From Candidatus Eiseniibacteriota bacterium (GTDB taxonomy: Bacteria; Eisenbacteria; RBG-16-71-46), in contig OY970342.1 in NCBI GenBank assembly GCA_963717505.1, positions 3,456,001 to 3,520,000 of the forward strand: DNA of 64,000 bases, given 5' to 3'. Below, piece after piece: positions 28,019-37,903 of this stretch (position 1 is the first letter of the stretch; each line of letters opens with the position of its first letter). Both the position numbers and the translations under genes were made by a program. The notes beneath the pieces are model-generated. The model searched no databases, had not been told where the DNA came from, and saw only the letters and a program-made list of their open reading frames with translations.

Positions 28019-29178
28019 CCGGCCGGGCGTCGCGCCCCGAGCCGAGCGATCGCGGCGATGCCGAGCCCCGGACCCAGAGCGAGCACCGCGAACGCCCAGG
28101 CCCAACCCACACTCGCCGCCAGCACGGGAACCAGCTGGATCGTGGCCAGCGTCAGCAGGAAGCCGAGCGAGGTCTGGAGCGTGAGCGCGGTACCCACTGC
28201 GTGGCGGGGCGCCACCTCGGTCACCATGGCGCTGAATTGCGCGGAGTCGGCGACCACGAAGAATCCCCAAAGCCCGAGTGCGGCCATCAGCCACCACGGG
28301 TTCGCGCCGAACAGGAATCCAATGCCCAGGCAACAAGCACCGCTGGCCGCCATCGCCACGGTGACGACTCGGGCATAGCCGAGACGCGCCGCGGCCCAGC
28401 CGCCCCAGACGCATCCGATCCCACCCGCGGCCAAAGTCCAGAACGCGGCGAGGTCCGGGAGAAGGGCGGCATGCGAGACCGCCCTCGCGGCGAGACTGGC
28501 CGCGACGAACGCCGGCACCCATGTCCACATCGCGTACAGCTCCCACATGTGCCCGAGGTAGCCGGCGATCGCAAGCCGGGTTTCTCGATGACGAACCACC
28601 TCGGCCATCAGGCGCCAATCGAATGGCCGCCGCTCGAAGGGGAAGGGCCCGTCGCGGTAGAACGCCCCGACCAACAGTGCCGAAACCAGAGCGCCGGCCG
28701 AAGTCGTGTAGAGGATGAAGTCGAGGCTCGGGAGCCCCAGTGCGTGAACGAGATAGGGGATCGCCTTGCCGGTGCACAAGGCCCCGATCAGGATCCCGAT
28801 CGCGAGCCCGCGTCCCGATCGATACCAGGTCGCGGCCATCTTCATGCCCGGCGGGTACACGCCCGCGAGAAAGAACCCGGTGAGGAAGCGCGTCACCAGC
28901 GCCGGCACGAACCCGCCGGCGGCGAGCAGCGACAGGTTGGCGACGGCCGCGAGTGCCGCCGAACCCGCGAACAGCCCGCGCGAGGGCAGGATGTCGGCCA
29001 GGTTCAACACCGCCGAGCACGCCGTGCCCGCCACGAAACCGAGCTGAACCACCGCGGTCAGCCAGCCGACTTGCGATGGGTCGAGCGACCACCGGCTACT
29101 GAGCTGGGGTGCGGCGGCGTTTCCGGCGAACCAGAGCGACATGCCGAGCAATTCGGACACGGACAACAGCGTCAGCAT
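28015..29178 (-). CDS. MFS transporter
   Basis: About 12 TM segments; VQLGFV.G, GVYPPGMK, GHMWELYAMW, ADSAQFSA. The start may extend to the TTG at 29250. Confidence 0.88.
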   Translation of the reverse strand: MLTLLSVSELLGMSLWFAGNAAAPQLSSRWSLDPSQVGWLTAVVQLGFVAGTACSAVLNLADILPSRGLFAGSAALAAVANLSLLAAGGFVPALVTRFLTGFFLAGVYPPGMKMAATWYRSGRGLAIGILIGALCTGKAIPYLVHALGLPSLDFILYTTSAGALVSALLVGAFYRDGPFPFERRPFDWRLMAEVVRHRETRLAIAGYLGHMWELYAMWTWVPAFVAASLAARAVSHAALLPDLAAFWTLAAGGIGCVWGGWAAARLGYARVVTVAMAASGACCLGIGFLFGANPWWLMAALGLWGFFVVADSAQFSAMVTEVAPRHAVGTALTLQTSLGFLLTLATIQLVPVLAASVGWAWAFAVLALGPGLGIAAIARLGARRPAG

Positions 29179-29270
29179 GGCCGCGCGGCGTTCAGCCCCG
29201 GTTTCAGCAGCTGCCTCCGCAGTGGACCCCAACGGCCGTCGCTCGCTCAAGGCAGTGGGTCTTCGCGTCC

Positions 29271-29723
29271 CTAGATCGGTTCGCTCGCGGGCGACGGCGG
29301 CTCGGCGGGCGCCGGTGCACGGGCCGTCATCGCCTCGCGTCGCGCGATCCCGATCAGAACTCCGGCCGCCAGCAGCATGCCCGGAATCTCGCCGCGCGCC
29401 ACCAGGATCGCGATCGGTCCTGGGCAGGCGCAGGACAGGCCCCAGCCGACGCCGAACAACGCTCCACCCAGCCAATGCTCGCGCGTCGGCATCGCCTTGC
29501 TCCACGACACCGTCGTGCCGCCGAAGACCGACTTCACGCCGAAGGACTGAAGCACGCGCAGGCCGATGAACGCGGTGGCAATCGCCGAGAGCATGATGAG
29601 ATAGACGTAGGGCTCGCGGAACCGAAGCATGTCGTGGATCGTGCCCGGGTTGTACAAGTGCGCCCAACCGAGCGCGAAACCGAACAGCCCTCCCGAAAAC
29701 AGCGGCGCGACGAAGTCCCTCAT
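29271..29723 (-). CDS. YeeE/YedE-family (sulfur transport) small membrane protein, second subunit
   Basis: GGLFGFAL...GGALFGVGWGLSCACPGP. Confidence 0.8.
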   Translation of the reverse strand: MRDFVAPLFSGGLFGFALGWAHLYNPGTIHDMLRFREPYVYLIMLSAIATAFIGLRVLQSFGVKSVFGGTTVSWSKAMPTREHWLGGALFGVGWGLSCACPGPIAILVARGEIPGMLLAAGVLIGIARREAMTARAPAPAEPPSPASEPI

Positions 29724-30193
29724 GGCGCGCTCATCAGGTAGTCGACCACCCAGCTGGTCGCGATCGCGACCCCCATGAACGACACGGTCGTCGCAAGGCT
29801 GGCCGGCGAACCCATCGAGGCGCCGCAGATGCCGTGTCCGGAGGTGCAGCCGCCGGACATGCGCACTCCAAACCCGATCAGGACGCCGGCGACCAACAGC
29901 AGCGCGAAGCGACCGGAGCCGCCGCCATAGCGCAGCTCGTAGAACACGTCGCTGTTGGGCACCCCGAGGGTACCCGCAAGGTAGGAGGCGAGCACGCCGC
30001 CCAGAGCGATGCCGAGCAGCATGAAGATGGTGTACCTGGGTTTGGATCTCGGCTGTCGCGCCCAGGCCAGCAGATCGACGAAGCCGCCGGTGGCGCCGGT
30101 GGGCCGATTGGCGAGCCAGAAGTGAAGGACGACGGCCAGGCCGATCAGCGGCCCCGCGAAGAACCACGGGGCGCGCAGCGCAAACGGGTCCAT
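29720..30193 (-). CDS. YeeE/YedE-family (sulfur transport) small membrane protein
   Basis: GVLIGFG.RMSGGCTSGHGICG motif. Confidence 0.87.
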   Translation of the reverse strand: MDPFALRAPWFFAGPLIGLAVVLHFWLANRPTGATGGFVDLLAWARQPRSKPRYTIFMLLGIALGGVLASYLAGTLGVPNSDVFYELRYGGGSGRFALLLVAGVLIGFGVRMSGGCTSGHGICGASMGSPASLATTVSFMGVAIATSWVVDYLMSAP

Positions 30194-30336
30194 GAAAGAG
30201 CCTCCCGGGGTGTCGACGAGCGGCGCGAGCCGGCGATTCTAGCGGCGCAACCGGGGGGCGTCCACGCGGTTTCGTTTGAAGTGCCGGTCCGCTACCTTGT
30301 GGTCGACCGGGCCCTCGGGAACAGCGGGGCAGAAGC

Positions 30337-31026
30337 ATGATTTCCGTCGTCGTTCCGTCTCGAAGCGAAGGGGATCGCCTGCGGGCGGCCATTATCCGCC
30401 TGTGCGACCACGACGGCAGTGTCCCGTTGTCGGGCGATGCCGAAGTCGTGATCGCGGCCTACGGCGAGTCTGAAACGGTGCGAGCCCACGCGGTGCGTCA
30501 CCGGCGGCTCACCTGGGTCGACTGCCCGCGTCCCTGCCGCGGTGAGCAGTTGGCGCGCGGAGCGGACGCGGCGCGCGGTGAGTTCCTGCTGTTCGTCCAC
30601 GCCGACACGCGCCTGCCGAGCGGTGCTTTGCAGATGGTCGCCACCGCGCTCGCCGATCCGGAAGTCGTCGGCGGCGGCTTTCGCGTGCGCTTCGACGCCC
30701 GCCATCCCGCGCTCGCGCTGCTCGAGCGCCTGAGCAGCCTGCCGTGGCGCAACACATTCCTCGGTGACCAGGCGTTCTTCTGTCGCCGCGGCGACTACCA
30801 GGCCGCGGGCGGCTTCTCGGCCCTGCCGCTGTTCGAGGACGTGGACCTGGTCCAGCGTCTCGCGCGCCGCGGGCGGCTGGTGCGGCTGCCGGGGCGCGTG
30901 ACCACTTCGGCACGGCGGTTCGTCGCGCATGGCCCCTGGCGCCAGCTCGCGCTCAATGGCTGGCTCATGGTCCGGCACTACACCGGACAGCGTCCGGCCG
31001 ACGCCGCCCGCGGCTACCAGCCTTAG
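30337..31026 (+). CDS. GT2 glycosyltransferase (TIGR04283-like)
   Basis: ISVVVP, RGEQL..GA, LLFVHADT.LP, GDQAFF, GGF..LPLFEDV, TSARRF. Confidence 0.85.
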   Translation: MISVVVPSRSEGDRLRAAIIRLCDHDGSVPLSGDAEVVIAAYGESETVRAHAVRHRRLTWVDCPRPCRGEQLARGADAARGEFLLFVHADTRLPSGALQMVATALADPEVVGGGFRVRFDARHPALALLERLSSLPWRNTFLGDQAFFCRRGDYQAAGGFSALPLFEDVDLVQRLARRGRLVRLPGRVTTSARRFVAHGPWRQLALNGWLMVRHYTGQRPADAARGYQP

Positions 31027-32954
31027 TCGCGCACCGCGGCGCGCGCCTGGTCGATGCGCGCCTTGATTCCCGCCAGTCCGGGATTCCGGGCGCGTTCGGC
31101 CTCGAACCATCGCAAGGCGTCTGCCGGCCGGCCCTGTTCTAGCGCGATCAGGCCGAGCAGCTCGCGCAGTCGCGGGCGATCGGGACGCAACTCGAGCGCG
31201 CGCCCGAGAACCGCGGCCGCTTCGTCCCAGGCCCCATCCATCATCCGCATCAAACCCAGCAAGTGCAGCGCGCGGCTATTCTGCGCCGAGGACGCCGCCA
31301 TGCGCCGGAGTTCGCCGGTCGCGCGCGCGCGCAACACGGTGTCGCCGGCGGCCGCCGGCACCAGGGCCTCTCGGCGCCGCACTCCGGCGGGGAGGACGTG
31401 ATAGGCGTGGCGCGCGATCACTGAATCGAATCCGGCGTCGCGACGCACCAGGATCTGGGCGACGTCGTCCGAGAACACGAGGGCCCAGGTCGAATCGGCA
31501 TCGAGCACGTCGAGCAGCCGATCGCCGGGATCCTGATCGCGCTGCAGTACCAGATAGTCGAACCGGGCGTCACGATCGAGCGCTTGCCACGCGCTCGCGT
31601 TTACGAAGACGTGCGGATACCGCTCGCGGTCGGCGGGGCGCAGGTTCTCGGGCTGCGTGGTCGCGAACGGCAGGCGTTCGCGATCGGGCCACCCGCGAAA
31701 GGCCAGGTAGCCGCCCAGGTGAAAGTGATTGAACGCCCGCCCGCGCACGCCGTTCGATTCGAGGAAGTCCGCGGCCGCGATCGGCACGATCGAGCGGTCG
31801 AAGTCGACGCCCAGCGGCAGATCGCGACGCGTCCACTCGGGAATCCCGAGAGCGAGGCACGCCGCGGCCGCGAGCGCCGAGCGCACCCAGGTCGACCGGG
31901 TCCAACGGATCCACGACGGCCGCCGGCTCGAGGCCCATGCCGAGAGGTCGCGCGCGACGAACGGCAGTGCGACCATCGCCAGGAAGCCGAGGAATCGCTG
32001 CGAGGTCACACCCATGTAGGTGAAGGCGATGCAGCACAGGATACCGGCGACATCGGGGCCGTGCCGACGCCAGCGCCAAGCGAGCAGGAGCGGCCAGGCC
32101 ACGACCAACACCGGCAAGCCGTCGGTGCGGTGCGTGCTCCAGTTCACCGGCATCAGCTCGACCACGTTCCGGAACATCTCCTGGTGCCGCCACACCAGCG
32201 CGAACTCGATCGGCTGGACCAACGCGCCGAGACCGAAGGGATTGACCAGCGAGGCGGCGACCGCGGCGATGCCGGCAAGCAGGAGTCGGCTCGGTGGACG
32301 GCGCAGTCGCCACACTTCGTCGATGCCGTAGATCCCGATCAGCAGGAGTCCGAGATACCAGGAGATGTGGACATTGGCCCAGAGCCACGCGACCAGCGGC
32401 AGCGCCCAGCTCCGGTCGGCGTTCCCGGCGCGACGGGTTTCGAGGATCCAGAGGGTGACCGCGAGCAGCACCACCGCCAGACTCTCGGGTCGCACTTCCG
32501 CGCGCAGCCGGTAGGCAAGGGCGCACCACGCGACCACCACCAGGGGCAGGACGCCGCGAGCACCCATGCGTCGCGCCGCGGCCAGCAGAATCCCGCACGC
32601 GAGCAACAACGCGAGCCACCGGTAGGCGAAGAGTCCTGCGATCCCGAACCCCGACCACAGCGGCCACAACAAAGCGCGAAACCCCCAGGATGAAGTGACC
32701 TGCGGGTCGCCGTAGCTCGACCACGCCCATTGATCGGTCATCGGGATCGCGTGCTGGGTCCAGATCGCTTTTCCGACCACGAGGAGTTGCCAGAGGTCGG
32801 TGTCGAACAACCGATAGCCGGCCGAGAGAATCACGCTCACGGCGCACGCCGTCGCCACGATCCACCACGCCGGGTGTCGGAACGTGAGCTCGGAGGCGTC
32901 AGGAACCGCGGGTTTCGTGGTCGAATCGCGGGCTTGGGAACGGCGGGCGGGCAT
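31023..32954 (-). CDS. Polytopic membrane protein (GT-C-like) with C-terminal TPR
   Basis: DTDLWQ.L..G loop after TM1, RPE, LWANVH, NPFG, multiple TMs, GGYL, C-terminal TPR helices. Confidence 0.65.
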   Translation of the reverse strand: MPARRSQARDSTTKPAVPDASELTFRHPAWWIVATACAVSVILSAGYRLFDTDLWQLLVVGKAIWTQHAIPMTDQWAWSSYGDPQVTSSWGFRALLWPLWSGFGIAGLFAYRWLALLLACGILLAAARRMGARGVLPLVVVAWCALAYRLRAEVRPESLAVVLLAVTLWILETRRAGNADRSWALPLVAWLWANVHISWYLGLLLIGIYGIDEVWRLRRPPSRLLLAGIAAVAASLVNPFGLGALVQPIEFALVWRHQEMFRNVVELMPVNWSTHRTDGLPVLVVAWPLLLAWRWRRHGPDVAGILCCIAFTYMGVTSQRFLGFLAMVALPFVARDLSAWASSRRPSWIRWTRSTWVRSALAAAACLALGIPEWTRRDLPLGVDFDRSIVPIAAADFLESNGVRGRAFNHFHLGGYLAFRGWPDRERLPFATTQPENLRPADRERYPHVFVNASAWQALDRDARFDYLVLQRDQDPGDRLLDVLDADSTWALVFSDDVAQILVRRDAGFDSVIARHAYHVLPAGVRRREALVPAAAGDTVLRARATGELRRMAASSAQNSRALHLLGLMRMMDGAWDEAAAVLGRALELRPDRPRLRELLGLIALEQGRPADALRWFEAERARNPGLAGIKARIDQARAAVRD

Positions 32955-32974
32955 CGCGGCGCATACTAGTGGAA

Positions 32975-33000
32975 ACGCCCGCCCCGGTCGGGGCGGGCGT
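32975..33000 (-). terminator. Hairpin terminator after the DUF4097 gene
   Basis: ACGCCCGCCCC-GGTC-GGGGCGGGCGT, perfect 11-bp stem, 30 nt past the stop; short U-tract. Confidence 0.6.
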
Positions 33001-33029
33001 CGTGCGCCTGCAGGGTTTCAAGCCGGGGC

Positions 33030-34154
33030 TTAGCGGCTCGTCCCCGCACGGCGGATCTGCACCGATCCGGAGCCGGTGTCGATCGCCAGCGATCCCTGAC
33101 CGTTGCCGATCTGGCCGCGAACGTAACCGTGCTCGCTGCGGCTCAGCGTGTGCGGCACGTCGATGTCGATGCCGCCGCTGCCGGTTTCGATCTCGAAGGC
33201 GGCGTTGAACGCGTTCCCGACCATCACGGTCACGCCGCCCGAGCCGGTGTCGACCGCGCACTCGCGCAGCCGGTCGCTGGCCTCGATGCGAACGCCGCCG
33301 CTGCCGGTGTCCACCCGAATCGACTCGGCATCGAGTCCGGCCATGTTCACGCCACCCGAGCCGGTGTCGACGTCGACCTCGTCGGCCTTGACCTTGTCGA
33401 GATCGACGCGGCCCGACCCGGTGTCGACGCGGATCGTGCCGCCGGTCGCGTTCGAGACGTCAACGTTGCCGGAGCCGGTGTCCACCAGCACGTCGCCCTT
33501 CGATTCGCTGACGCGCACCGAACCCGAACCGGTGTCGAGTCGGAGGTCGCCTTGCGTCGCGTGACACGTAATGGGTCCCGACGAGCTGTCGAGATCCAGC
33601 TCTTCGGCGCGAACGTCATGGACGTCCATGTCGCCGGCGCCGATCCGCAGCCGCAGCGTCTTGCCCGCGGGCACCTGAATGCTCAGGTCGGCGTGGGCTT
33701 CGAGACCGCTGCCGGACCCCATGAGCGCAACGCGCCGCCCGTTGTCCCAACCCTTGCCGCCACCGATGCGGCCGTCGCTGTGAACCCGCAGGTGGGTGGT
33801 CGAGCCGCGACCCATCTCCGGGTAGACGATGCGGTCTTCCGGATAGATCACGCGCAGCGTCGGGATGCCATCGATCGAACTGGTCTCGACCTCGAGACGG
33901 GCGGCATCCGCGCCGCCGGGTGTGATCGTGACCACGACGTCGTTCCCGGTTCCCGGCGCGATCCGCACCGTGCCCGCGAGGTTGTGAATCGCGACCTCGG
34001 ACCCTGAAAGCGTGTGGCGACCTTCGGCGGCGGCGAGGGTCAGGGCGGGGGCCATGACCAGGAACAGAAGCACGGAAACTGCCGTGGCCTGCGTTCGAAA
34101 GTTCAGCCTTGCCCAGGGCCGAAGTCCCAGGGACAAGTGGGGCATGGGGTTCAT
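33030..34154 (-). CDS. DUF4097-family beta-strand repeat (adhesin-like) protein
   Basis: RBS GGAGGTG, signal peptide, repeated DTGSG.V motifs at about 20-aa spacing. Confidence 0.85.
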   Translation of the reverse strand: MNPMPHLSLGLRPWARLNFRTQATAVSVLLFLVMAPALTLAAAEGRHTLSGSEVAIHNLAGTVRIAPGTGNDVVVTITPGGADAARLEVETSSIDGIPTLRVIYPEDRIVYPEMGRGSTTHLRVHSDGRIGGGKGWDNGRRVALMGSGSGLEAHADLSIQVPAGKTLRLRIGAGDMDVHDVRAEELDLDSSSGPITCHATQGDLRLDTGSGSVRVSESKGDVLVDTGSGNVDVSNATGGTIRVDTGSGRVDLDKVKADEVDVDTGSGGVNMAGLDAESIRVDTGSGGVRIEASDRLRECAVDTGSGGVTVMVGNAFNAAFEIETGSGGIDIDVPHTLSRSEHGYVRGQIGNGQGSLAIDTGSGSVQIRRAGTSR

Positions 34155-34295
34155 GGATTCACCTCCAGCGTTGCGGCAGACGGGGCCCGGTCTGGGCGCT
34201 TCCTTTGCACTGGGATACTGTCGGCCCCTATAAAGGTTGCACTCCGGTCTGATCTGAAACGTCGGGCTGCCCGGCCCCAGGGTTCGGAGGAACGC

Positions 34296-35102
34296 ATGAG
34301 CTTCACCAAGCGCTTCAAGGTGCCACAAACCGGATTCCGCATGTCGTCGGTGGATCCGGATGCATCGCCCGGGATTCGCGACAAAGCCCAGGCCCGCGTC
34401 ATGCTCGAGCGGGACACGAAGCGGCTCTACCAGCTCCAATACGAGCTCTACGCCGAAAACCGACGATCGCTCCTGATCGTCCTCCAGGCGATGGATGCCG
34501 GCGGCAAGGACGGCACCATTCGCAGCCTGTCGCTCGGCCTGAACCCGCAGGGCTGCCACGTGACTTCCTTCAAGGCACCTTCGACGATCGAGACCGAGCA
34601 CGACTTCCTGTGGCGCATCCACCAGGCCGTGCCGGCGCGCGGCGACATCGCGATCTTCAACCGATCGCACTACGAGGACGTCCTGGTGGTCCGCGTCCAC
34701 AACCTGGTGCCGCGTCCGATGTGGGAGAAACGCTACGAGCAGATCAACCGCTTCGAGCAGCACCTGAACGCGAACGGCACGACCATCGTGAAGTTCTACC
34801 TGCACATCAGCCGCGACGAACAAAAGCGCCGGCTGGTCGAACGGCTCGAGGATCCGCGGAAGCGCTGGAAGTACTCGCAGCACGACCTCGAGGAGCGGAC
34901 CTTCTGGGACGACTACATGAAGGCGTACGAGGCGGCACTCCGCCACTGCTCGACCGCAATTGCTCCGTGGTTCGCGATCCCGGCCAACCGGAACTGGTAT
35001 CGGAACGCGGTGATCGCCCGCATCCTGGTCGAGACCCTCGAGGCGATGAATCCGAAGTTGCCCAAGCCGAAGATCGACACCCAGGCGATCCAGGTCGTCT
35101 AG
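34296..35102 (+). CDS. ppk2: Polyphosphate kinase 2 family
   Basis: RBS GGAGG; QAMDAGGKDG (Walker A), FKAP, HDFLWR, FNRSHYEDVL, APWFAIPAN. Confidence 0.93.
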   Translation: MSFTKRFKVPQTGFRMSSVDPDASPGIRDKAQARVMLERDTKRLYQLQYELYAENRRSLLIVLQAMDAGGKDGTIRSLSLGLNPQGCHVTSFKAPSTIETEHDFLWRIHQAVPARGDIAIFNRSHYEDVLVVRVHNLVPRPMWEKRYEQINRFEQHLNANGTTIVKFYLHISRDEQKRRLVERLEDPRKRWKYSQHDLEERTFWDDYMKAYEAALRHCSTAIAPWFAIPANRNWYRNAVIARILVETLEAMNPKLPKPKIDTQAIQVV

Positions 35103-36751
35103 CGCCAGCCGCGAACGTCGTAGAGCACCAGAGGCTCGGGCGTCTCGGTCCACCATAGGATCTCGGCGCCCGGCGGCGCATTCTCGTGCTCGAGCAGCGG
35201 TGCCAACCACGGACGGCTGGCCACCGCCCAGCGCCGGTCGACCACCAGTACGTCGGCTTTTTTGCGTGCGATGCGGGCGCGTAGCGAATCGAGATCGCCG
35301 TCGGGCAGCTCGGCGATCAGCCCACCCGCGTAATAGCCGACCCAGGTCTTGCGCGAGACCACGATCGGGCGCCGTCCCGCGATACGGACCAACGAAGAGG
35401 AGTCCTGCGGGCCGATCGCGGCCAGGCGCGGCCATTCCTCACGAAGCCACTTACCGGCGGCACGATGCTCCGGCGCATCGTCCATCAGGGGGCGCAGCGA
35501 CGCGTAGGCCAGGCCATAGGCGCAGAGGATCGCGACCGCGAGTGTCGTCGCCCGGCGCCCGAGGCCCCCGGTCCACTCCCCGAGCGTCAGCAGTCCACCC
35601 GCGGCCGGCACCAGGAGCAGTGGAACCAGCGGCACGAAGAATCGCCGGTCGACCGAGAAGGGTGCGTAGAACAGCGGCGTCGCGATCAACACCACCGCGA
35701 GCGGCCACAGCTCGCGGCGAAACAACAGCGGCAGACCCAAGAGGGCCGGCAGGAGCCAGGGCACATAGATCGCGGCCGGGATCGAGCTGACCACGATGCG
35801 CGCGAGCTGGCTCAGCGTCACGCGCGCGACCGCCATCGGCTCCGCCACCAGGAAGGCTCCCAGCTCGACCTTTCCACGCGGCGCCGCGTCGGCCAGCTCG
35901 GGACTCTCGAATACCCGCTCGGCCAGTCCGGCCGGCTCGCCGAACCGAGCGTCGTAGGTCGCTCGGTGCGCGCGCCACAGGTTGTAGGCGCCTTTCTCGC
36001 CGAGCGAGAAGTGGCCGAGTCGGCTGTGGGTCCACATTAGATAAGGGAGGATCGCCAGCGTCAGCCCGAGCAGAAACCACGGCTGGAGTCGGGGGCGCGC
36101 CCGGGGCCTCATGCCGCGCCAGTCCCGAGCTTTCCCTACGAACATTCGCGTCAGCCACACCGCCCCGGCCAGCAGGATGCCTTCGGGCCGCGCCAGATAG
36201 GCGAGGCCGAACACGGCGCCGGCTGCGCCTTCGGTCGCGGGGTGGTGGTGGTGATCGTCCGCCATCACCCGCTCGATCGCGACCAGCAAGCAGAGCGTGA
36301 AGGTCGCCTCGGTGAGCGCCGACGCCGAATACTGGATCAGACGGGGATGGCTGGCCGCGAGTACGACCGGGATCCAGGCGTCGCGCGCACCCAACGCGCG
36401 ACGGGCGATGGCCGCGAGCGGGAAGAGCGCGAGCGCACCGGCGACCACCGAAACCAGGCGCGCCACGGATTCGAGCGTCTCGGGGGATGCGGCTCCGCGC
36501 ACACCGGCGATCCACGCGGAGGTTGCGATCAGCATCGGATAGAGCGGCGGCCAGATCGTGCTCCAGGCGTGGGCCCAGTCCCCACGCAACAGGGCAGCCG
36601 CGAGTCCGGCGTAGTGGGCGCCGTCGTGCTCGATGATGCCTGCCCGCAGCGCGAGCCACGCGCGGGGCAGGAGTGCGGCGGCGACCAGCCCGACCAGGAG
36701 GGTCCGCTTGGGTCCCGACACGGGTGCATCGTAGGGTAGGCGTATGACCAT
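35099..36751 (-). CDS. GT-C (ArnT/PMT-like) membrane glycosyltransferase
   Basis: DGAHY after TM1, WPPLYP, LTEATF, LAYLARPEG, RFFVPLVP; multiple TMs. Confidence 0.75.
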   Translation of the reverse strand: MVIRLPYDAPVSGPKRTLLVGLVAAALLPRAWLALRAGIIEHDGAHYAGLAAALLRGDWAHAWSTIWPPLYPMLIATSAWIAGVRGAASPETLESVARLVSVVAGALALFPLAAIARRALGARDAWIPVVLAASHPRLIQYSASALTEATFTLCLLVAIERVMADDHHHHPATEGAAGAVFGLAYLARPEGILLAGAVWLTRMFVGKARDWRGMRPRARPRLQPWFLLGLTLAILPYLMWTHSRLGHFSLGEKGAYNLWRAHRATYDARFGEPAGLAERVFESPELADAAPRGKVELGAFLVAEPMAVARVTLSQLARIVVSSIPAAIYVPWLLPALLGLPLLFRRELWPLAVVLIATPLFYAPFSVDRRFFVPLVPLLLVPAAGGLLTLGEWTGGLGRRATTLAVAILCAYGLAYASLRPLMDDAPEHRAAGKWLREEWPRLAAIGPQDSSSLVRIAGRRPIVVSRKTWVGYYAGGLIAELPDGDLDSLRARIARKKADVLVVDRRWAVASRPWLAPLLEHENAPPGAEILWWTETPEPLVLYDVRGWR

Positions 36752-36838
36752 GGTGGGCCGACCCTATCAGGTGTCGCGGTGCGCGGAGCAGCCGTGGCCG
36801 CAAGCGATCCCGGGCCATAGTCCACTCGACAGGGCGCC

Positions 36839-37408
36839 ATGAGTCACGAGCGCAGGGAACGTCGCAAGGCGCGTGGTTCGGGCCCTCAGCACCGGGCCGT
36901 GATCGGGTTCCTGGTGCGCTGCCTGATCTACTGGGGCGTCGGTCTGTTCCTGGTCAGCCGGGTTCCCGCGATCGAGGCGACCGGCATCGCGATCACGGTC
37001 GCCACGGTCGAGAAGACCTTCGCCTGGACCGGGCAAGAGATCATTCGCTCGGGCAACGCGCTGATCGCCGGCAGCGCCAGCGTCGAAATCGTCGGCGACT
37101 GTAGCCCGCACATCCCGTACCTGATCTTCGCCGCGGTGGTGCTGGCGTTCCCCTCGACCTGGCGACAACGGGGCCTGGGCTTGCTCGCCGGCGCGATCCT
37201 CATCCACGTGTTCAACACGATCCGAATCCTCGCGTTGATGGCGATCCTGATCTGGCGCGAGTCGTGGTTCGAATTCGCGCACGTCTACCTGTGGCAGACC
37301 GGCACCATCTTCGTCCTATTCGCGGCCTTCGCGTTGTGGCTCAAGTTCGTGAGTCCGCGCGCCCCGGCGCCGGCGCGCGAAGCGCCATCCCCGGGGACCG
37401 GGCCATGA
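36839..37408 (+). CDS. Exosortase/archaeosortase family protein (exosortase H-like)
   Basis: Catalytic triad motifs IVGDCS (Cys), NTIRI (Arg), FEFAHVYLWQ (His), plus AVVLAFP..W. Confidence 0.8.
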   Translation: MSHERRERRKARGSGPQHRAVIGFLVRCLIYWGVGLFLVSRVPAIEATGIAITVATVEKTFAWTGQEIIRSGNALIAGSASVEIVGDCSPHIPYLIFAAVVLAFPSTWRQRGLGLLAGAILIHVFNTIRILALMAILIWRESWFEFAHVYLWQTGTIFVLFAAFALWLKFVSPRAPAPAREAPSPGTGP

Positions 37409-37872
37409 ACCACTTCCTGGTCCGCTTCGCGGCTTGGGCGACGTTGGCCACCGTCCTGGCGTGGACGGTGCAAGCCCCGTGGGAGCGGACCATCGCCTCG
37501 ATCGCCGCCCGCATCGCGGCGCCGTCCGGCTCGGAGATCGAGGTCGTGGATCTCGAGGTCTTCTATCCCTACGATCTCGCGGTGTTCACCGCCCTCTGCC
37601 TGGCGAGTGCCTGGGCGACCTGGCGCCTGCGCGGGCGCGCGATCGCGATCGGGGTTCCGATCCTGGTGCTGCTCGAGATCGTGGCACTGATCGCTTCGTT
37701 CCGGATCCTGATGGACGCGCGCGATCCGGCCGCGGCGGAACGGACGTTCAATGGCATCATCCGCATGACCGGCCCGGTATCGGCGGCCGCCCTGTGGCTC
37801 CTGTTCCTAGGCCGCGAGCGTCTTTCCCTCACCGCGAGGCGGTGGCTCGGCGACGGACCGGCGCCCTCGTGA
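37405..37872 (+). CDS. Membrane protein coupled to the exosortase (exosortase H-associated-like)
   Basis: ATGA overlap with the exosortase stop; about 4 TM segments. Confidence 0.6.
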   Translation: MNHFLVRFAAWATLATVLAWTVQAPWERTIASIAARIAAPSGSEIEVVDLEVFYPYDLAVFTALCLASAWATWRLRGRAIAIGVPILVLLEIVALIASFRILMDARDPAAAERTFNGIIRMTGPVSAAALWLLFLGRERLSLTARRWLGDGPAPS

Positions 37873-37903
37873 CCGATTCCCCACCCCAGGCAAGGAGGCT
37901 TGA

